Source: Chitinivibrionales bacterium (GTDB lineage Bacteria; Fibrobacterota; Chitinivibrionia; Chitinivibrionales; WJKA01). From it: 11,171 bases of DNA. How positions within the stretch are numbered: position 1 is the first letter of the stretch; every line of letters begins with the position of its first letter. The DNA is taken from positions 1 through 11,171 of the forward strand of contig JBBRUX010000073.1 in NCBI GenBank assembly GCA_038247415.1, read 5' to 3'. Both the position numbers and the translations under genes were made by a program. Under the pieces are notes generated by a model, which made no database searches, was not told the DNA's origin, and saw only the letters and a program-made list of their open reading frames with translations. Positions 7,207 to 11,171 of the stretch are shown piece after piece.

Positions 7207-8289
7207 ATGCTTAAAAAAATCTTGTCAATCTGCTTTTTTTTATCGGCAAACCTGTGCGCATCGAATGTCATCTCCGGCGGTTATGGACATAGCGCAGCAC
7301 TTACTTCCGATGGAACAGTGGTTGTGTGGGGCTCAAACGACTTCGGTCAGAGAGACGTTCCTGCCGGACTGACAGATGTCAAACAAATTTCAATCGGCGG
7401 ATACCAAAGCCTTGCTCTGAAAAATGACGGCACAGTTGTCGGCTGGGGCCGGGACGAATGGGGAACAGTGCCCGATGAGTTGCAAGGAGTCACGAAGGAA
7501 ATCGCGGCGGGAGGCTATCACGCAATTGCACTGAAAAATGATTCCACATTGCTTGCCTGGGGCGGATTAGTAGGTGGTCTGAATGATAACCCAACCGGCA
7601 AAGTGGCAAGAGTTTTCAGCGGTATGCATACAATGGCTGCAATAATGCCCGACAGCACAGTACAGGCATGGGGACTGGGCGGAGGCGATGATTACACGGG
7701 CACGGTCCCGGCTGATCTCAGAGAAGTTGTCGATATCGCTGTGGGCAGAAAATTCATTCTCGCTATTAAAAAAGACAATACCGTTGTTGCCTGGGGAGAG
7801 CCGGCTTCAATGACTGAGGTCGCGGGTATGCCTGCCGGACTTAAAGCAAAATCAGTTGCCGCTGGCGACGGTTGGGCGGTTGCGGTTGAGCTCGATGGTA
7901 CCGTTGTGCAGTGGGGAAATTTGCCGTTGGATGTGCTCATGCCGTCTAATCTATCGAATATTGTAGAAATTGCTGCAGGCAGATATCACGTCCTTGCAGT
8001 GGATGCCGACGGTGTCCTTTACGCGTGGGGCAGCAACAGCAGCGGTCAATGCGATATTCCCTCCGGCATAACCGTAGTGCAACCTGTTGCAATTAAAAAA
8101 ACAGTTTTCATACACAGCGCCGGTAACTATTTAAATTTCTCAAAGCAATGCGCACAGCGGATTTTTTCCGTTGACGGCAGACTGCTTCCGGGCAGTGAAA
8201 ATGTAAGGGGAATGGTTCCATCCAGTATTGGAGCACCGATGATATTGATTCATGCCTCAGGTGCAAAAAAACTTGTCCTGACTGATTAA
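7207..8289 (+). CDS. Secreted RCC1/BLIP-II-type repeat beta-propeller protein with a short basic C-terminal domain
   Basis: SD AAGGA before ATG. Signal peptide MLKKILSICFFLSANLCA. Seven repeats of the form I.(A/G)G..H..AL..DGTV..WG (VVVWG, VVGWG, LLAWG, VQAWG, VVAWG, VVQWG, LYAWG). Tail RIFSVDGRLL. Starts 14 nt after the upstream stop, so probably co-transcribed. Confidence 0.9.
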   Translation: MLKKILSICFFLSANLCASNVISGGYGHSAALTSDGTVVVWGSNDFGQRDVPAGLTDVKQISIGGYQSLALKNDGTVVGWGRDEWGTVPDELQGVTKEIAAGGYHAIALKNDSTLLAWGGLVGGLNDNPTGKVARVFSGMHTMAAIMPDSTVQAWGLGGGDDYTGTVPADLREVVDIAVGRKFILAIKKDNTVVAWGEPASMTEVAGMPAGLKAKSVAAGDGWAVAVELDGTVVQWGNLPLDVLMPSNLSNIVEIAAGRYHVLAVDADGVLYAWGSNSSGQCDIPSGITVVQPVAIKKTVFIHSAGNYLNFSKQCAQRIFSVDGRLLPGSENVRGMVPSSIGAPMILIHASGAKKLVLTD

Positions 8290-8426
8290 GCGTTCAATGC
8301 CAGCTAATGTATTGCTGGTTCATTCGTAAAGTCAATTCTCATGATTCTCCCGCAGATCAGGCTGAATGCAAAATAATCGCGGACATACCAATGTGCGATC
8401 CTGCTGTATGCTGGTGTGAATTACCG

Positions 8427-8744
8427 CTATTTTCCGCTTATCGAAGAATACAATGCCCGTAGAATGGAAAGGCCGGGAATAACAGCGAAAATGCCGATAA
8501 GCACACGCTCTATTAAACTTCTCCATGTATTCATATCTGTAAACGTACCGAAGATAGTAAATATTTTTATGTGATCTGAGGCAGGATCGATTTTCTGGAT
8601 ACGTAGCTGAATAAGCACAACCTGGGTCATCAGGGGGCTGCCAATCACGTAATCTACCGCCAAGAGAACTGCGAGAGCAATAAAAACCATGTTACTCGGG
8701 GTTTTAAGCGTGTCGAATAATGGTTTGAATCCTTGTGGGTGCAT
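8427..8744 (-). CDS. Small hypothetical membrane protein (105 aa, about 2 TM segments)
   Basis: SD CAGGAG precedes ATG 8744 (MHPQGF...). Hydrophobic stretches are MVFIALAVLLAVDYVIGSPLM and VLIGIFAVIPGLSILRALY. The upstream region is AT-rich. Confidence 0.6.
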   Translation of the reverse strand: MHPQGFKPLFDTLKTPSNMVFIALAVLLAVDYVIGSPLMTQVVLIQLRIQKIDPASDHIKIFTIFGTFTDMNTWRSLIERVLIGIFAVIPGLSILRALYSSISGK

Positions 8745-8989
8745 AAAAACAGGCTCCTGTATATTTCTAAAATAATTTGATAAAAGCATACATCATAAGC
8801 TTAATATATGTAAGACATTTTGCTTTTAACGAATAAATTCCAGCTATGGTGTATTTTAAACCTTTTCTATCAGAATATTTACACATGTGATCGCCAGCCT
8901 GCATAGTGTCATGATACATGGTTCGAATGGATTCACCCCGGCAGGTGAAGTAGAATCTCTCGTATGTCAGGCCCGTGAAAAAGCTCTGA

Positions 8990-11056
8990 TTACAAGCGAA
9001 ATTCCTCGTGATTGATAATATGATAATACACCAGTGCCCAATCCTGGTCATTGGCCAACGGATCACGCAATCGTCCGATCCTGTTGTCAACAGTCAACGG
9101 ATAAATCAACGCGCATGAGGCTTTCCCATCGGGTGTAAACGACACCAGATTGCCATCAACAATAGCACGCGCACGCTGTGTGTAGTCCTCATTACTCCTG
9201 ACCTGACCGTATCTGAAAAACGCGTGTGCTGTAATACAACTCCAGTAGTGCGGAAACGTATCACCCCATAAGCGTTCCCGACCAAACCAGTACCCGTCCC
9301 AGTGTCGAATCGCGATATCGTTAAGCCGGACATCAGGTTGATGCCCATTAAAAAGCTCAAGGCACGCCAGATGTTCCTGTGCAGCATCTCCATACGCTGT
9401 ATCTCCCGTGGCAATGAACATTTCCAAAAGAAAAACTGCAGCAGGTCCAACTATAGACTGTTCAAAAATGACTTCGTGACCGGGATATAACAGACCCCGT
9501 TTCATAATGGTATGTGCGTGGCGTTGAAAATGCTGCATCAGTTCACTGTGTTGTGCATTCATTCCCGCCTGGGCAAGTATTTTAAGACCATCGACCACCG
9601 GTATTCCAATAGCATAAAAATCAGCACCTCCCAATGCATAATAAGCAGACAAGGTACGAGTAAAAAAGTTCAGATACCTTTTTTCTTTAGTCAACTTGTA
9701 GTATTCCAGCCAGAAGTGCGCGACCCATGAAAAATTATACATTCGCTGTGGCGTTGTATCACCGACACTGTCAAGAACATCCCCGTTTTCCTTCAGCAAA
9801 CGAGTTTCGACAAACCGGGCAAAGCGCTCCAGAGATCGGGTGACTGTATCATTACCATTTTCGTATTGTAAATATTGTGCAATCAACACGCCCACACCAA
9901 TACGCTCGCGTGCTTCGTTAGTATTGCGGTCTCCATTCGGGTTCAATATCTGACGGTTATATTCGGTGTCAAATGGCACATAGGCGCCATCACGCGGATC
10001 GGATGGATCGGTAACCTGCTGATTGTCGACAATAAACCGGACACGGGTACGAATAAGGTCACGCGGTGCAGGTGTCGTTACCACATGTAGCGAGGTACGA
10101 TACCCGTCGGTACGAATTATATCGTAGCGATGCAGACCGGATTCATCGGGAAGTTGTATCCTGCCCTTTGCATCTGGCAAAACCAGTTCCTCCTTCAACT
10201 CAATCCGGATTTCCCCGGCAGTATCCCCGGTATTAATACCGGGGATGTCGATAGCGATGGATGTACCCTTTTCGGCACTATACCGGCTTGCTGAAACATC
10301 AATAAATCCCGGAACCATGTGGAGTGTATCGAAAAAATCATCCCACCCGGTGTGCCAGAAGAGTTTCCAGGCAAGCGTATATGATTGTCCGGGTTCGAGA
10401 ATAATTTTTTCCTGGTATATGTCTCTTCCTTCTGCAAGGGATTCTGCAGGATTAAGCACAATATCACCGCGGATATTGCTGCTCGATCGCATATCACGGT
10501 TTTCAATACTGTATCCGCATAACGAACCTTCGAGAAGAACCATACCCAAATGCGGTCCCTTGCCGCCCATGCGCAGGGCATTGACCCATGCAACGTTGTG
10601 GGCAGTCCAGATATGCGCATGACATCGCTTAAAAAGACTGATTTCGGCCGGTTCATATGTATCGTTAAAAGGTGTATAAATTCCCGACGAAGAAATATCG
10701 AAGGTCTGTTCACCAGTGTTTTGAATTCGATACCGCTCAACAAGATCGCCCGATTCATCGAAGGTTCGTTCAACAGTAATTCCGACATTGTCGGTTTGAT
10801 ATCGTGCAATCAGACGTGAATCATTCTGTTCTATGGATGATGCCACCTGCCATCTTTTTTGCCATTTGTACATGGATCCGACAAATCCAAGACCCCAATC
10901 TGACGAAACCCGGTGCCACGGATTTTCCCGCTGATCTAAGACCCAGTTCATGGCGTGAGTATCGTCAGGGTGCAACAAACGGGTCATGGCTCCACTATAA
11001 TGATTATACTCCAAATGAAAACGATCGTTTTTAAGAATGAGCGGTAACGTCGGCAT
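8990..11056 (-). CDS. Six-hairpin glycosidase-like hypothetical protein, cytoplasmic
   Basis: 688 aa, SD AGGAAGG, no signal peptide. Beta-rich N-terminal half and helical C-terminal half with aromatic/acidic motifs NEARERIG, RMYNFSW, HEVIFEQS, RHWDGYWFG, WGDTFPHYWS and ANDQDWAL, typical of (alpha/alpha)6 carbohydrate-active proteins. The CAZy family cannot be assigned by eye. Confidence 0.78.
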   Translation of the reverse strand: MPTLPLILKNDRFHLEYNHYSGAMTRLLHPDDTHAMNWVLDQRENPWHRVSSDWGLGFVGSMYKWQKRWQVASSIEQNDSRLIARYQTDNVGITVERTFDESGDLVERYRIQNTGEQTFDISSSGIYTPFNDTYEPAEISLFKRCHAHIWTAHNVAWVNALRMGGKGPHLGMVLLEGSLCGYSIENRDMRSSSNIRGDIVLNPAESLAEGRDIYQEKIILEPGQSYTLAWKLFWHTGWDDFFDTLHMVPGFIDVSASRYSAEKGTSIAIDIPGINTGDTAGEIRIELKEELVLPDAKGRIQLPDESGLHRYDIIRTDGYRTSLHVVTTPAPRDLIRTRVRFIVDNQQVTDPSDPRDGAYVPFDTEYNRQILNPNGDRNTNEARERIGVGVLIAQYLQYENGNDTVTRSLERFARFVETRLLKENGDVLDSVGDTTPQRMYNFSWVAHFWLEYYKLTKEKRYLNFFTRTLSAYYALGGADFYAIGIPVVDGLKILAQAGMNAQHSELMQHFQRHAHTIMKRGLLYPGHEVIFEQSIVGPAAVFLLEMFIATGDTAYGDAAQEHLACLELFNGHQPDVRLNDIAIRHWDGYWFGRERLWGDTFPHYWSCITAHAFFRYGQVRSNEDYTQRARAIVDGNLVSFTPDGKASCALIYPLTVDNRIGRLRDPLANDQDWALVYYHIINHEEFRL

Positions 11057-11171
11057 ATTACAAAACCTTCCTGTTGATCGGTGTTTGTTTTTGGGTGAAT
11101 GAAAGCACAGAGGAAAAAGACTTTATACAAAAACCAATTAGTATGTGTGTACAACCTTTCATTTCCCCCCC

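Noticed and set aside
7260..8070. Repeats as a possible CRISPR array or DGR template/variable repeats
   Set aside because: They are degenerate protein-level RCC1 repeats. There are no identical nucleotide repeats with spacers, no adenine-specific mismatch pair and no RT or cas gene.
8300..8318. CCAGC/GCTGG hairpin after the RCC1 gene as a terminator
   Set aside because: Only a 5-bp stem with a poor U-tract, too weak to call.
8920..8930. GGTTCGAAT, a tRNA T-loop-like motif
   Set aside because: The flanks do not form a T-stem and no cloverleaf is possible.
8767..9090. 107-aa minus-strand ORF
   Set aside because: Overlaps the end of the 688-aa gene out of frame and runs through AT-rich intergenic DNA, with no SD or motif.
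9106..11034. ORFs inside the 688-aa gene, including 10195-10809
   Set aside because: Fully nested in a well-supported gene and not protein-like.
11098..11163. AATGAAAG/CTTTCATT inverted repeat upstream of the 688-aa gene
   Set aside because: 8 bp separated by 50 nt at the window edge, compatible with chance.

Overview
Accessory, mosaic bacterial region. Left: an intact-looking, GC-rich GH2 beta-mannosidase-like gene (160-2700). Its first 13 codons (MTIRRVHLIFKTH) resemble the start of an unrelated DUF5054/GH38-like protein, suggesting an in-frame junction. Middle (~2700-5400): a patchwork of gene fragments. A 5'-truncated IS630 transposase with its right end sits at a TA inside the 5' part of an ISL3 element, and that ISL3 interrupts a DUF6236-like gene. 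These are followed by a probably truncated PD-(D/E)XK-like ORF and an orphan T9SS-type C-terminal domain. Right: an AT-rich promoter region and two secreted proteins with basic T9SS-like C-terminal domains (a Cys-rich unknown protein and a 7-repeat RCC1 propeller). On the minus strand are a small membrane protein and a 688-aa six-hairpin-glycosidase-like protein. T9SS-like tails plus clear Shine-Dalgarno sites point, by inference, to Fibrobacterota rather than Bacteroidota. No rRNA, tRNA, CRISPR array, integrase or reverse transcriptase is visible. I cannot show a complete novel system. The best leads are the in-frame capture of the GH2 gene and the dense IS-independent junctions, which may be biological or an assembly artefact. 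All family calls come from motif recognition, not database searches.
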